A stretch of 60,078 nucleotides of DNA, filler included. It is 3 parts of 3 records of this genome, joined end to end, with 100 filler letters (N's around TTAATTAATTAA, not from the genome) between each part and the next. Parts side by side here need not be neighbours in the genome. Positions count along the whole stretch, not along the records: positions 24,422 to 46,459 come from DRR378314_1732; 2 more parts are not named here. One strand, 5' to 3'. This document shows, one piece after another, positions 30,733-41,762 of this stretch (position 1 is the first letter of the stretch; every line of letters begins with the position of its first letter). The notes beneath the pieces are model-generated. The model was not told the DNA's origin, did no database searches, and saw only the letters and a list, made by a program, of their open reading frames with translations. A program made the position numbers and the translations under genes.

Positions 30733-31776
30733 ATGCTGACTAATCTAACCATTGCGTTAGATATGATGGGGGGCGATTATGGCCCCCGTTCATCTATCCC
30801 CGCAGCCGTTAACGCGGTAAATGCTAATGCCAACTTAAGACTCATCTTATGTGGCAACGAGCAAGTAATATCTAATGAACTCGATTCCCTCGATTCTTTA
30901 TCTCATCCAAGATTAATTATTCGTCATTGCAGTGAAGTTGTCACTAATGGTTGTGAACCGGCTTTAGCTGTTCGTTTTAAAAAAGATTCTTCAATGCGTG
31001 TAGCCCTTGATTTAGTTAAATCAGGTGAGGCACAAGCGTGCGTAAGTGCTGGTAATACCGGTGCCTTACTTTTTATGGCGCATTACGTATTGAAAATGTT
31101 GCCCGGCGTTAAGCGTCCTGCACTGATTTCAGCGGTTCCGACTGAGCAAAAGCACCCTGTCTATTTACTTGATTTAGGTGCCAATGTGCATTGTGATGCG
31201 CAAACCTTATATCAATTTGGCATTATGGGCTCAGTCGTCGCAGGACAAGCGCTCGGTTGTGATAACCCGAAAGTAAGCCTATTAAATATCGGCTCAGAAG
31301 ATATAAAAGGTCATGAAGATATTAAGCAAGCCGCGCAGCTGATGCAGCAATGTGATTACTTAAATTACACCGGCTACAGCGAAGGCAGCGATATATTTAC
31401 TGGTAAATCTGATGTCATCGTCTGTGAAGGTTTTGTCGGTAACGTTGCCCTTAAAACCTGCGAAGGTATCGCTAAGCTTATTATGTTTAAGCTAACAAAA
31501 GCGCTAAGAAAGCACTTTTTCTATAAATGCATGGCTTTTATGCTACGCCCTGTCATAAAAAAACTATATAAAAGGGTGAACCCCGACCAGTATAACGGCG
31601 CAAGTCTGGTAGGATTGCGCGGTATTGTTGTAAAAAGCCATGGAAATGCATCAGCTAAAGCATTTCATGCTGCTATCGATGAAGCCGCCAGAGAAGTAGA
31701 ACGTCAACTTCCAGAAAAAATAGCCGCTATCTTCGAGCAAACACATTCAACTAAAAAAGTAACGTCTGACGAGTGA
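30733..31776 (+). CDS. plsX: Phosphate acyltransferase
   Basis: [38 protein letters not shown]. Confidence 0.96.
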   Translation: MLTNLTIALDMMGGDYGPRSSIPAAVNAVNANANLRLILCGNEQVISNELDSLDSLSHPRLIIRHCSEVVTNGCEPALAVRFKKDSSMRVALDLVKSGEAQACVSAGNTGALLFMAHYVLKMLPGVKRPALISAVPTEQKHPVYLLDLGANVHCDAQTLYQFGIMGSVVAGQALGCDNPKVSLLNIGSEDIKGHEDIKQAAQLMQQCDYLNYTGYSEGSDIFTGKSDVIVCEGFVGNVALKTCEGIAKLIMFKLTKALRKHFFYKCMAFMLRPVIKKLYKRVNPDQYNGASLVGLRGIVVKSHGNASAKAFHAAIDEAAREVERQLPEKIAAIFEQTHSTKKVTSDE

Positions 31777-31835
31777 CTTATGTTGTCAGGCGCATGCTTA
31801 AATATTTTTTATTTGTTTAATTAAAAGAGCAAAGT

Positions 31836-32762
31836 ATGGCACAAAAAATCGCACTTGTTTTTCCAGGTCAAGGCTCACAATCTGTGGGTATGTTAAGTGA
31901 GTTACTTGCAGAGTCTGACATTGTAAAAGCAACATTTGCTGAGGCATCAGATGCACTTGGTTACGACTTAGCAGCACTCGTACTGAATGGTCCAGAACAA
32001 GAACTAAACCAAACCCACCGTACTCAACCTGCTTTATTGACCGCTTCGGTTGCTATTTATCGTCAGTGGTTAGCTGCAAACCCAGACGCAGAGGTGACGA
32101 TGGCAGGTCACAGTTTAGGCGAATACTCTGCATTAGTATGTGCAGATGTACTGAGCCTTGCTCAGGCAGTGAAACTTGTTGAAAACCGCGGTTTATATAT
32201 GCAAGAAGCTGTACCTGCGGGTGTGGGTTCTATGGCTGCAATCATCGGTCTTGGTGATGATGAAATTAAAGCTGCCTGTAGCGCATCAGCACAAGGTGAA
32301 GTTGTCGCACCGGTAAATTATAACTCACCAGGACAAGTCGTTATTGCAGGACATAAAGCGGCAGTAGATAGAGCGTCACAAGCGTGTAAAGAAGCAGGTG
32401 CTAAACGTGCATTGCCATTATCCGTTAGTGTACCTTCACATTGTGAGCTTATGAAGCCAGCCGCTGATAAATTAGCAGCTGATTTAGCCGCTTTAACATT
32501 TAATACACCTAAGTGTGATGTAATCAATAATGTTGATGTTATTGCAGAAAATGCAGCTGATGCAATTAAAGATGCATTAGTACGTCAATTATATAGCCCA
32601 GTACGCTGGACTGAAACAGTGCAAGCATTGGTAGCGCAGGGTATTACCCAAAGCTATGAATTTGGCCCAGGTAAAGTATTGACGGGGTTAGCAAAACGTA
32701 TTGACAAAGCAATGGTATGTGGTTCGGTAAATAGCCAACCTGCCATTGATGAAGCTAAATAA
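31836..32762 (+). CDS. fabD: Malonyl-CoA:ACP transacylase
   Basis: FPGQGSQ, GHSLGEYSA, SVPSH, QLYSPVRW. Confidence 0.97.
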   Translation: MAQKIALVFPGQGSQSVGMLSELLAESDIVKATFAEASDALGYDLAALVLNGPEQELNQTHRTQPALLTASVAIYRQWLAANPDAEVTMAGHSLGEYSALVCADVLSLAQAVKLVENRGLYMQEAVPAGVGSMAAIIGLGDDEIKAACSASAQGEVVAPVNYNSPGQVVIAGHKAAVDRASQACKEAGAKRALPLSVSVPSHCELMKPAADKLAADLAALTFNTPKCDVINNVDVIAENAADAIKDALVRQLYSPVRWTETVQALVAQGITQSYEFGPGKVLTGLAKRIDKAMVCGSVNSQPAIDEAK

Positions 32763-32775
32763 GAGTAGGATTGGA

Positions 32776-33522
32776 ATGGCAAATTTATTTTCATTAGAGG
32801 GCAAGGTAGTCCTTATTACTGGTGCAAGCCGTGGTATTGGTAAAGCGATTGCAACAACACTGGTTGCACAAGGTGCGAAAGTAGCAGGTACTGCTACAAG
32901 CGAATCAGGTGCTGCTAAAATCAGTGAGTATTTAGGTGATAATGGTAAAGGTTATGCGTTAAACGTAACCGATCCTGCATCGATTGAAGCGACACTTGCG
33001 GCGATAAAAGCAGATTTAGGTGATATTGACGTTTTAGTTAATAATGCCGGTATTACCCGTGATAATTTATTAATGCGCATGAAAGAGGGTGAGTGGGACG
33101 ACATAATCGATACCAACTTAAGCTCTATTTTCCGTTTGTCGAAAGCGGTATTACGCCCAATGATGAAGAAAAAGAATGGCCGTATTATTAACATAGGCTC
33201 AGTAGTGGGCACTATGGGTAATGCTGGGCAAGCGAACTACGCTGCAGCTAAAGCTGGCGTAATTGGTTTTTCTAAATCATTAGCGCGTGAAGTTGCATCA
33301 CGTGGTATAACAGTCAATGTCGTTGCACCTGGCTTTATCCAAACCGATATGACAGACGAGTTGACAGAAGAGCAAAAAGCAGCAACGCTAGCTAATGTGC
33401 CTGCAGGGCGTTTAGGTCAACCAGATGAAATTGCGGCTGCTGTTTGTTACTTAGCATCAGATGCTGCGGCTTACGTTTCGGGCGAAACGCTGCACGTTAA
33501 CGGCGCAATGTACATGGTTTAA
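32776..33522 (+). CDS. fabG: 3-oxoacyl-ACP reductase
   Basis: TGASRGIG, NNAGITRD, YAAAK; AGGA RBS before ATG 32776. Confidence 0.97.
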   Translation: MANLFSLEGKVVLITGASRGIGKAIATTLVAQGAKVAGTATSESGAAKISEYLGDNGKGYALNVTDPASIEATLAAIKADLGDIDVLVNNAGITRDNLLMRMKEGEWDDIIDTNLSSIFRLSKAVLRPMMKKKNGRIINIGSVVGTMGNAGQANYAAAKAGVIGFSKSLAREVASRGITVNVVAPGFIQTDMTDELTEEQKAATLANVPAGRLGQPDEIAAAVCYLASDAAAYVSGETLHVNGAMYMV

Positions 33523-33645
33523 GGAACTTTGTTCCTAATTAGTTTTCAGCGAGTTTGTCGAAAAATGTTGAATTTTTTGTGATCTTGCTTTAAACATACT
33601 TGAATTCGCTGTGAAAATAAGCGATAAAAGACACAAATAACCCTC

Positions 33646-33711
33646 AAGAGGTTTGACCAGATAAATAATTATCAGCAAATCCTTGAATCACAGAATTATG
33701 CGCCGTAAACT
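33646..33711 (+). promoter_or_regulatory. acpP promoter with an upstream FadR-like site
   Basis: AAGAGGTTTGACCAGAT resembles the FadR consensus AACTGGTCnGACCAGTT; TTGAAT (33683) - 17 bp - TAAACT (33706). Confidence 0.55.
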
Positions 33712-33762
33712 ACGCCGCAATCTGAAAATAACGCATTGGCGTTTTTAATAAAGGAAAGAAGA

Positions 33763-33999
33763 ATGAGCGACATCCAAGAACGCGTAAAGAAAATCATCAT
33801 TGAGCAACTAGGTGTTAAAGAAGAAGAAGTAAAGCACGAAGCTTCTTTCGTTGATGACTTAGGCGCAGATTCACTTGATACTGTTGAATTAGTAATGGCT
33901 CTTGAAGAAGAGTTTGACACTGAGATCCCAGACGAAGAAGCTGAAAAGATCACTACAGTACAAGCTGCAATCGATTACGTTACAGCTCACGCTGAGTAA
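33763..33999 (+). CDS. acpP: Acyl carrier protein
   Basis: [32 protein letters not shown]. Confidence 0.98.
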   Translation: MSDIQERVKKIIIEQLGVKEEEVKHEASFVDDLGADSLDTVELVMALEEEFDTEIPDEEAEKITTVQAAIDYVTAHAE

Positions 34000-34009
34000 T
34001 CAATTGCAA

Positions 34010-34037
34010 ATTAAGGGCAGCATTCGCTGCCCTTAAT
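34010..34037 (+). terminator. Stem-loop after acpP (terminator or stabiliser)
   Basis: ATTAAGGGCAGC-attc-GCTGCCCTTAAT perfect 12-bp stem. Confidence 0.75.
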
Positions 34038-34112
34038 CTATCCGTAATATGATACTAATTAATTTAGTACACACCCCACCTAAAATAATAATTCCCTTAT
34101 TGGAGGCAACCC

Positions 34113-35354
34113 GTGGCTAAACGTCGAGTAGTCGTAACTGGCTTAGGAATGTTGACACCGCTAGGTAACGATGTTGAATCAACCTGGCAAGGCTTGTTAA
34201 ATGGCAAAAGTGGTATTCAAACTATCACGCATTTCGATACTTCAAGTTTTGGTACCAAGTTCGCAGGCTTGCTGAATGATTTTAATGCGTCTGACTATAA
34301 TATGTCGCCTAAAGATGCTAAAAAAATGGATTTGTTTATCCAATATGGCATAGCGGCGGGTGTTCAAGCACTACAAGATTCTGGCCTTGAGATCACAGAG
34401 CAAAACGCACCGCGCGTTGGTGTTGCTGTTGGTTCAGGCATTGGTGGTTTAACGTTAATCGAAGAAAACCACATAAAATTATTAAACAGTGGCCCACGTA
34501 AGCTTTCTCCTTTTTACGTGCCGTCGACTATTATCAATATGATCTCAGGTCATTTATCGATAATGCACGGTCTACGTGGTCCAAATATTTCGATTGTAAC
34601 TGCCTGTACTACAGGTTTACATAATATTGGCCATGCAGCTCGTATGATTGCTTACGGTGATGCAGATGCCATGGTAGCAGGGGGCGCTGAAAAAGCCTCG
34701 ACACCTATTGGTATGGGTGGATTTAACGCGGCTCGCGCACTTTCAACTCGTAACGATGACCCACAAGCGGCGTCACGCCCTTGGGATAAAGACCGTGACG
34801 GTTTTGTACTTGCAGACGGTGCAGGTGTGATCGTACTTGAAGAATACGAACATGCTAAAGCGCGTGGTGCTAAAATTTACTCAGAACTCGTTGGTTTTGG
34901 CATGAGCGGTGATGCATATCATATGACTTCACCACCTGAAGATGGTGCAGGTGCAGCCCTTGCGATGGAAAATGCGTTAAACGATGCAGGTGTTAATGCT
35001 GAGCAAGTGGGTTACATTAACGCCCACGGCACATCAACTAACGCAGGTGACAAGGCTGAAACCTCTGCGGTTAAATCTATCTTTGGTAATGCTGCAAAAG
35101 ATGTGATGGTGAGTTCATCTAAATCAATGATGGGTCACTTGTTAGGTGCTGCAGGCTCTGTTGAGTCAATAATTACAATCTTGTCGTTACAAGATCAAAA
35201 AGTAAGCCCAACAATTAACCTTGATAACCCAGACGAAGGCTGTGATTTGGATTATGTTCCTCATACGGCACGTGATGCGAAATTAGACTACGCATTATGT
35301 AACTCGTTTGGTTTTGGTGGTACTAATGGCTCGTTGCTATTTAAAAAGGTATAA
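34113..35354 (+). CDS. fabF: 3-oxoacyl-ACP synthase II
   Basis: [43 protein letters not shown]. Confidence 0.97.
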   Translation: MAKRRVVVTGLGMLTPLGNDVESTWQGLLNGKSGIQTITHFDTSSFGTKFAGLLNDFNASDYNMSPKDAKKMDLFIQYGIAAGVQALQDSGLEITEQNAPRVGVAVGSGIGGLTLIEENHIKLLNSGPRKLSPFYVPSTIINMISGHLSIMHGLRGPNISIVTACTTGLHNIGHAARMIAYGDADAMVAGGAEKASTPIGMGGFNAARALSTRNDDPQAASRPWDKDRDGFVLADGAGVIVLEEYEHAKARGAKIYSELVGFGMSGDAYHMTSPPEDGAGAALAMENALNDAGVNAEQVGYINAHGTSTNAGDKAETSAVKSIFGNAAKDVMVSSSKSMMGHLLGAAGSVESIITILSLQDQKVSPTINLDNPDEGCDLDYVPHTARDAKLDYALCNSFGFGGTNGSLLFKKV

Positions 35355-35381
35355 TCTTTTTAAACAACGAGACAGAATAAT

Positions 35382-35406
35382 AGCCCAGTTGTGACTGGGC
35401 TTTTTT
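35382..35406 (+). terminator. Intrinsic terminator after fabF
   Basis: AGCCCAGT-tgtg-ACTGGGCT followed by a T-run. Confidence 0.8.
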
Positions 35407-35408
35407 AT

Positions 35409-36230
35409 ATGCAGAATAAACAGCGAATACAACAAAACATAATCACTGAACAACCTGGAGTTGTTAGTAGTCGTGATCGCGGCTTAAACTATGGTGATGG
35501 CTTTTTTACTACGGCAAAGATTATTGACGGCAATGTAGAACATTGGTCACTGCACCGTGCGCGATTAATTGAATGCGCAAGCCGTTTAGCATTTCCTGAA
35601 ATAGAGTTTATTGAACTTGAAGCCGTAATCAATCAGCTTATTGCAACACAAAAATGTGCAGTCCTTAAAGTACTCGTTACGCGCGGTGAAGGCGGACGTG
35701 GGTACGGCCTACCACAGCAGCCGTTATTAAACATTGTGATCAGTGTTGTGGATCTTCCAACACAATATGAAGCACTGGGTTCAAAAGGCCTTTGCTTAGC
35801 TGTTAGCCCCATTAAATTAGCATCTCAACCATTACTTGCTGGGCTAAAAACATTGAACAGGCTAGAGCAAGTCATGATTAAGCAAGCCATGCAAACACAA
35901 GATAGTGATGATGTACTGGTTCTTGATTATCGAAACAATGTTATAGAAACTTCGGCTGCCAACGTATTTGCAATTAAAGGCGGACGACTCTTTAGCCCTT
36001 TGCTAAACGAGTGTGGAATTAAAGGAGTTTACCTGCAATCGTTATGTGCTAAATTACCCATTGAGTTTGAAAACTTAACAATAGAACAATTAAAACAAAT
36101 GGATGCAGTGTTTATCTGCAATAGCCTAATGGGCGTTATACCAGTAAAAGCGATTGATGATGCTTACTTTGATATTAAGAATAGTTTAAGCGTATTAAAT
36201 GGTTTAACCGCCAAGGAGTTTACGTGTTAA
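35409..36230 (+). CDS. pabC: Aminodeoxychorismate lyase
   Basis: DRGLNYGDGFFTT, RGEGGRGY, GLKTLNRLEQV, ICNSLMG; conserved gene order. Confidence 0.93.
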   Translation: MQNKQRIQQNIITEQPGVVSSRDRGLNYGDGFFTTAKIIDGNVEHWSLHRARLIECASRLAFPEIEFIELEAVINQLIATQKCAVLKVLVTRGEGGRGYGLPQQPLLNIVISVVDLPTQYEALGSKGLCLAVSPIKLASQPLLAGLKTLNRLEQVMIKQAMQTQDSDDVLVLDYRNNVIETSAANVFAIKGGRLFSPLLNECGIKGVYLQSLCAKLPIEFENLTIEQLKQMDAVFICNSLMGVIPVKAIDDAYFDIKNSLSVLNGLTAKEFTC

Positions 36231-37219
36231 AAGTGATAATAGGTATTATAGTTTTAGCCTTGTTAACGACAGGGGTTGGCTATCAACAGTTGCAAGCAAC
36301 CATTAATAGTACATTAGCCGTTCCTGAGAATACCCAATTTGAAGTAAAAAATGGCACGGGGTTTAATAAGCTATGTCAGCAGTGGCAGGCAAAAAAATGG
36401 CTGGATAGCTGCTTTAAGTATCAGATAGTGGCAAAGTTAGACCCTAGCCTCACTGATTTGAAAGCTGGCCTATATGGGCTAAACCAAGGTAGTGTAATTG
36501 ATAATATTCGTCGCATAAATGAGGGTGAACAAGTTAGCTTTAGTTTCACTATTATTGAAGGGCAAACATTGCGGGATGTGCTCGCTGGAATTAAAAATGC
36601 CACTAAATTAAACCAAGATTTAACTCTTGATAATTTGAGCCAACAAATCATAGGATCAGATCAGCATTTGGAAGGCTGGTTATACCCAGATACATATCAC
36701 TACCATGCTGGTGATAGTGCAAGTTTATTGCTTAAGCGTGCACATATTTTAATGAAACAGGTTTTAACTGATGCTTGGCAGCAACGTGCTAAAAATTTGC
36801 CAATAAATACTGCTTACGAGGCGTTGATTATGGCCTCAATTATCGAAAAAGAAACCGGCCTTGCCAGTGAACGACCTATGATAGCGTCTGTTTTTACTAA
36901 TCGTCTTAACTCAAAAATGCGTCTACAAACTGACCCTACTGTAATCTATGGCTTAGGTACTGCGTATGATGGTGATATAAAACGCAAAGACCTAACTAGT
37001 TACACACCGTATAATACCTATAGAATAAATGGTCTACCGCCAACGCCTATTGCGATGCCTTCGAAGGCGGCAATTCTAGCAGCAGTAAACCCACCAGAGT
37101 CTGATTATGTGTATTTTGTTGCGAAAGGCGATGGCAGCCATCAATTTTCAAAAACACTCAAAGCACATAATAAAGCTGTGCAAGATTACTTACGTTATCA
37201 AAAACAGTTAAGTAACTGA
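36224..37219 (+). CDS. mltG: Endolytic transglycosylase
   Basis: EGWLYPDTY, ASIIEKET, MRLQTDPTVIYG, YNTY..GLPPTPI. Confidence 0.96.
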   Translation: MLKVIIGIIVLALLTTGVGYQQLQATINSTLAVPENTQFEVKNGTGFNKLCQQWQAKKWLDSCFKYQIVAKLDPSLTDLKAGLYGLNQGSVIDNIRRINEGEQVSFSFTIIEGQTLRDVLAGIKNATKLNQDLTLDNLSQQIIGSDQHLEGWLYPDTYHYHAGDSASLLLKRAHILMKQVLTDAWQQRAKNLPINTAYEALIMASIIEKETGLASERPMIASVFTNRLNSKMRLQTDPTVIYGLGTAYDGDIKRKDLTSYTPYNTYRINGLPPTPIAMPSKAAILAAVNPPESDYVYFVAKGDGSHQFSKTLKAHNKAVQDYLRYQKQLSN

Positions 37220-37252
37220 ACAGTTGCAATCTGAATAATTAAAAGAGATACC

Positions 37253-37879
37253 ATGACAGCAAAATTTATTGTGATCGAAGGGCTAGAAGGAGCGGGTAAA
37301 TCAACTGCTATTTCAATTTGTCAGCAGTTTTTAACCCAGCATAATGTTGATTTTGTCAATGTGCGAGAGCCAGGAGGAACACCGCTTGCTGAGCAACTTC
37401 GTAGTTTGGTAAAAGCCAATCACCAAGAGACGATAGCCAGCGAAACTGAATTGTTGATCATGTATGCCGCACGTTCTCAGTTAGTTAATAATGTTATCCG
37501 CCCTGCGCTTGATAATGATCAGTGGGTGCTTGGCGACCGTCATGACTTATCATCACAAGCGTACCAAGGTGGTGGGCGCGAAATCGAACAAACAACCTTA
37601 AAAGCACTCTCTGATATCGTTTTAAAAGGGCTAAAACCTGACTTAACAATCTACTTAGATATTGAGCCGTCAATTGGTTTAGCGCGAGCAAAAGGCCGTG
37701 GAGAACTAGATAGAATTGAGCAAGAAGCACTGGGTTTTTTTGAACGCACTCGTGCACGCTACCTAGCGCTAGCAAATAGTGATGACTCTATTAAAACCGT
37801 CAATGCAAATCAAACAATGGCGCAAGTTCATAATGATATCATTGCGGTGTTAGAGCAGTTTTTACAAAGTAATAATTAA
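37253..37879 (+). CDS. tmk: Thymidylate kinase
   Basis: [26 protein letters not shown]. Confidence 0.97.
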   Translation: MTAKFIVIEGLEGAGKSTAISICQQFLTQHNVDFVNVREPGGTPLAEQLRSLVKANHQETIASETELLIMYAARSQLVNNVIRPALDNDQWVLGDRHDLSSQAYQGGGREIEQTTLKALSDIVLKGLKPDLTIYLDIEPSIGLARAKGRGELDRIEQEALGFFERTRARYLALANSDDSIKTVNANQTMAQVHNDIIAVLEQFLQSNN

Positions 37880-37880
37880 T

Positions 37881-38768
37881 ATGACTTACCCATGGCTGAA
37901 CAATATTGAACAACAACTTAGTACCAGCTTTGCTGCTGGGCGGTTTCATCATGGTCAATTATTTAATGGCCAACAAGGTGTTGGTAAAACAGCCTTAGTT
38001 GAACAACTTGCAAATGCATTATTATGCCAACACCCAAACGGTGTTCAACCTTGTGGGCAATGTAAGAGTTGTCAGTTGAATCAAGCGGGCACACACCCCG
38101 ACAAATTTAATGTGGTAATTGATGGGCAGAGTATTGGTGTTGATGATATTCGTACGGTGAGCCACTTTATGAGTCATTCAGCTGCGCAAAACGGCAATAA
38201 AGTGGTGATCATAAAAGATTGCCACAAAATGACCACAGCCGCAGCAAATGCCTTATTAAAGACGCTTGAAGAGCCAAGTTCACAGCGTTTTTTATTATTA
38301 ACGACTAATGCAGCATCACAACTGCCAGCAACAATTTTAAGTCGCTGTACTAGAATCGATGTCCAGGTTGGCGAAGCTCAGGAGGCCAAACATTGGCTAG
38401 CATCGTTACAAGTTATTGACTATCCATGGCTTCACCTGTTTTTTCAACAACCTTTGTTAGTGCAAACATGGCAGCAAAAGGATCAACTAGAAACAATTGA
38501 CCAACTCTATAAATTTGCAACTGAGCTAAAACAAGGTCATAATTTCAGTGCGTTAGTGGATATTATTAGTAAAGATAACGATCTGGTTCGAGTTTTTTGT
38601 TTATTTTTGACAGAGCAACTAAAGCAGCAATTAATCGCTGGCATGGAATTTGATGCGTATCAACAGGCGCAAAATTCTTTAAACGATTTTTATCAAAATT
38701 GTACTCAAGTGTTAGGACTCAATTTGTCTTTAGCTGTTTCGAAGTTAGCGTATTCACTTCGTAGATAA
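37881..38768 (+). CDS. holB: DNA polymerase III delta' subunit
   Basis: YPWL, PCGQCKSC..HPD, AANALLKTLEEP, TILSRC. Confidence 0.95.
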   Translation: MTYPWLNNIEQQLSTSFAAGRFHHGQLFNGQQGVGKTALVEQLANALLCQHPNGVQPCGQCKSCQLNQAGTHPDKFNVVIDGQSIGVDDIRTVSHFMSHSAAQNGNKVVIIKDCHKMTTAAANALLKTLEEPSSQRFLLLTTNAASQLPATILSRCTRIDVQVGEAQEAKHWLASLQVIDYPWLHLFFQQPLLVQTWQQKDQLETIDQLYKFATELKQGHNFSALVDIISKDNDLVRVFCLFLTEQLKQQLIAGMEFDAYQQAQNSLNDFYQNCTQVLGLNLSLAVSKLAYSLRR

Positions 38769-38786
38769 CAATAATTAGGATGTTTT

Positions 38787-39113
38787 ATGCAAGAGTTACT
38801 TGTTGACTTTGAAGATTTAGATGAGCTATACCGTTGCTACATGCCATACCTCAAAACGGGCGGTTTATTTGTACGTACCAATATGCGTTACGAAATGGGC
38901 CACTCATTGGCATTAAAAGTAACATTACCCGATGCTCTTGAAGATGATGTAATAACAGGTAAAGTAACCTGGATCACACCACAAGGCGCACAAAGTTCGA
39001 ACCCACCAGGCATAGACATTAGTTTTTTAGATGATAAAACTAACCTTAATGCGAAGATCGAAAAACTACTAGGGACTATGTTAAACTCTGGTAATCCAAC
39101 TTATACCATGTAG
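38787..39113 (+). CDS. pilZ: Type IV pilus assembly PilZ (PA2960-like)
   Basis: LYRCYMPYLKTGGLFV, GKVTWITP, PTYTM; located between holB and tatD. Confidence 0.9.
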   Translation: MQELLVDFEDLDELYRCYMPYLKTGGLFVRTNMRYEMGHSLALKVTLPDALEDDVITGKVTWITPQGAQSSNPPGIDISFLDDKTNLNAKIEKLLGTMLNSGNPTYTM

Positions 39114-39125
39114 TAAGCAGTAACC

Positions 39126-39905
39126 GTGATTGTAGATTCTCATTGCCATTTAGACCGACTTGATTTTGATAAACTCGATTTAAACCTAGACCAAGTACTT
39201 GATAGCGCACGCGCTAAACAAGTAGAGCACTTTTTATGTGTGAGTGTCACGTTAGATCAGTTTCCGAGCATGCTTGATAAAATTAAAGATTATAACGATG
39301 TATCGGCCTCGTGCGGCGTACACCCACTTGATCAAAAAGATGCCCTTGATAAGCAGCGCTTAATTGATTTAGCTAGCCACGACAAAGTGGTTGCGATTGG
39401 CGAAACTGGGCTTGACTATTATTACGCAAAAGACACGCATACGATTCAGCAAGAGAGCTTTGTTGGCCATATTGAGGTGGCAAATCAATTACAAAAACCA
39501 CTAATTATTCACACCCGTGATGCCCGCGAAGACACGATTAATTTAATGCGTGAGCACAACGCTGAAAAATGCGGTGGTGTTTTACATTGCTTTACTGAAG
39601 ACTGGGACATGGCCAAAAAAGCCATCGATTTAGGTTTTTATATTTCTATTTCAGGCATTGTCACCTTCAAAAATGCTGTCGAGCTTAAAGACGTCGTTAA
39701 ACAAATACCACTTGATAGACTTCTTATCGAAACAGATTCACCTTATCTTGCGCCAGTGCCTTATCGTGGTAAAACTAATCAGCCCGCGTATGTGCAAGAT
39801 GTGGCTTATTATATCAGTGAACTTAAAGGAATTAGTTATAAAGAGCTCGCAACTGCGACCACAGCCAACTTCTATTCTTTATTCAATTTAGCAAAGCAGG
39901 GTTAA
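39126..39905 (+). CDS. ycfH: TatD-family DNase (YcfH-like)
   Basis: DSHCHL, GVHP, IGETGLDY, IIHTR, LHCF, ETDSPYLAP. Confidence 0.93.
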   Translation: MIVDSHCHLDRLDFDKLDLNLDQVLDSARAKQVEHFLCVSVTLDQFPSMLDKIKDYNDVSASCGVHPLDQKDALDKQRLIDLASHDKVVAIGETGLDYYYAKDTHTIQQESFVGHIEVANQLQKPLIIHTRDAREDTINLMREHNAEKCGGVLHCFTEDWDMAKKAIDLGFYISISGIVTFKNAVELKDVVKQIPLDRLLIETDSPYLAPVPYRGKTNQPAYVQDVAYYISELKGISYKELATATTANFYSLFNLAKQG

Positions 39906-39911
39906 CACTTT

Positions 39912-41762
39912 ATGAGCCAAGCACCACTTCCTCTACTTTTAATGGGGCCAATGGTGCGCCGTGCTGATATAAACGAGGTTTGCATTCAATTTGCAACCTC
40001 TCGCCCAATTAACTGCCGTATCGAAATTGCTCATTATGATACCTATTGTGAACATGAGCCTATTCGTTTAGGGGAGCAGTTATTTTTAAATTTCGTTATT
40101 ATAAAACCTATCGGTATTGAATTTCCTTTTGATGAGTTAATTAGTTACCGATTGTTTGATAACGACAAAGAAATTGATCTCAGCGCTTTTTGCTACCCCA
40201 ATAAAGCGACCCCAGAATTTGCAGTTCCCAATACGCTAAGCCAAATTTTGCACGGCTCGTGTAGAAACCCACATCACCCAGCAAAAGACAGCCTTGTTGC
40301 AGCTAATGACTTTGTACAAGCTAAGCGCAGTGAGAATAAAATAGGCGCCGATATTTTACTGCTATCGGGGGATCAAGTTTATGCCGATGATGTGGCCGGC
40401 ACCATGCTAATCGCAATCTCGCGCTTAATCGATGTGTTGGGTATTTATAAAGAGCAACCGCTTGATATAGAGTTACCTGAAGATTTACATCAACAGCTAT
40501 ACCAGCGCCATTTATATTTGCCCAAAGTACCGTGGCAGAAACGCAATAAAATTGGGGTAGGGTATTGGCTGAAAAAAGATGTACCACATTTTTCAAGTTT
40601 AAAAGCAGATAACCACCTCGTTTTTTTTGAAGAGTTTATTGCGCTTTACTTATTAAACTTTAGTCCGTCAGTTTGGCAGTTAACTGATTTTGAGAGTATT
40701 CACTATCAAGCTAGCACAACGAAGTGCCAACAAATATTCGATAATGAGAAAGCGGCCTTATCTGGTTTTAAAGATGGCCTAAAAGACGCACAAGTTTTAT
40801 TTGCCAACATACCTAGCTTTATGATGTTTGATGATCATGATGTAACCGATGATTGGAACCTAACCGCAGGGTGGGAGCAAGTTATCTACCAGCACCCAGT
40901 TAGTAGGCGAATCGTTAATAATGGTTTAATTAGTTATTGGCTATTTCAAGGGTTTGGTAACGATGCAGGGCATAAAACTAAGAGCCTTCTTACGTCATTT
41001 CAACAAAGCTTTACTAAGGATGAGCTCTGGCAATTTAAAGCCTTTGATAAAACCATTTTAGAGTTTAATCATTGGCATTATGAGCTCAATACCGTGCCCA
41101 AAGTCGTGGTACTCGATACGCGCACCCATCGTTGGCGCAATGAGCAAAACTTTAATGAGCCTTCAGGCTTATTGGATTGGGAGCGCTTAGTTGAGCTTGA
41201 AGACAGCTTATTAACTCATGAGCAAGTGATTATCGTGTCGCCTGCGCCGGTTTTTGGGGTTAAATCGATAGAAGCTATTCAAGCAATGTTTAATATCTGC
41301 GGCCAGCCCTTACTTGTTGATGTTGAGAACTGGATGGCACATGAAGGCTCGGCGAAGAAGCTGCTGGATACCTTTCGCCGCGACGACACACCCAAAGAAA
41401 CGCTTATTTTATCAGGCGACGTTCATTACTCATTTTGTTTTTCAGTGCAAAAGCGTTTTGGTAAACACCCTAACCGAATTTGGCAGCTCACTGCCAGCGG
41501 TATTAAAAACGAATTCCCACGCAAGTTAATTAATATTCTCGATAAGCTCGATTCAATTCTATATGCGCCAAAAAGCCCTCTCAACTTTTTTACCAAACGC
41601 TGGCAAATGGAAGTTGATAAACACCAAACAGTAGGCGAGGGTCAAAAGTATTTAGTAAGCGACTCCGCAATAAGCTTAATTAGCTTAGAGCAAGGTAACC
41701 TTGATAAATATGAGCTCATTCATGGTGATGGTCATATCACAGAATTCGATTTAGAGCATTAA
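39912..41762 (+). CDS. PhoD-like metallophosphatase without an obvious signal peptide
   Basis: HGSCR, GDQVYADDV, FDDHDVTDDWN, LDTRT, LSGDVHYSF. Confidence 0.85.
   Translation: MSQAPLPLLLMGPMVRRADINEVCIQFATSRPINCRIEIAHYDTYCEHEPIRLGEQLFLNFVIIKPIGIEFPFDELISYRLFDNDKEIDLSAFCYPNKATPEFAVPNTLSQILHGSCRNPHHPAKDSLVAANDFVQAKRSENKIGADILLLSGDQVYADDVAGTMLIAISRLIDVLGIYKEQPLDIELPEDLHQQLYQRHLYLPKVPWQKRNKIGVGYWLKKDVPHFSSLKADNHLVFFEEFIALYLLNFSPSVWQLTDFESIHYQASTTKCQQIFDNEKAALSGFKDGLKDAQVLFANIPSFMMFDDHDVTDDWNLTAGWEQVIYQHPVSRRIVNNGLISYWLFQGFGNDAGHKTKSLLTSFQQSFTKDELWQFKAFDKTILEFNHWHYELNTVPKVVVLDTRTHRWRNEQNFNEPSGLLDWERLVELEDSLLTHEQVIIVSPAPVFGVKSIEAIQAMFNICGQPLLVDVENWMAHEGSAKKLLDTFRRDDTPKETLILSGDVHYSFCFSVQKRFGKHPNRIWQLTASGIKNEFPRKLINILDKLDSILYAPKSPLNFFTKRWQMEVDKHQTVGEGQKYLVSDSAISLISLEQGNLDKYELIHGDGHITEFDLEH

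Noticed and set aside
30733..32762. Missing fabH between plsX and fabD as a novelty
   Set aside because: The plsX-fabD-fabG order without fabH is known in other gammaproteobacteria such as Pseudomonas; no remnant seen
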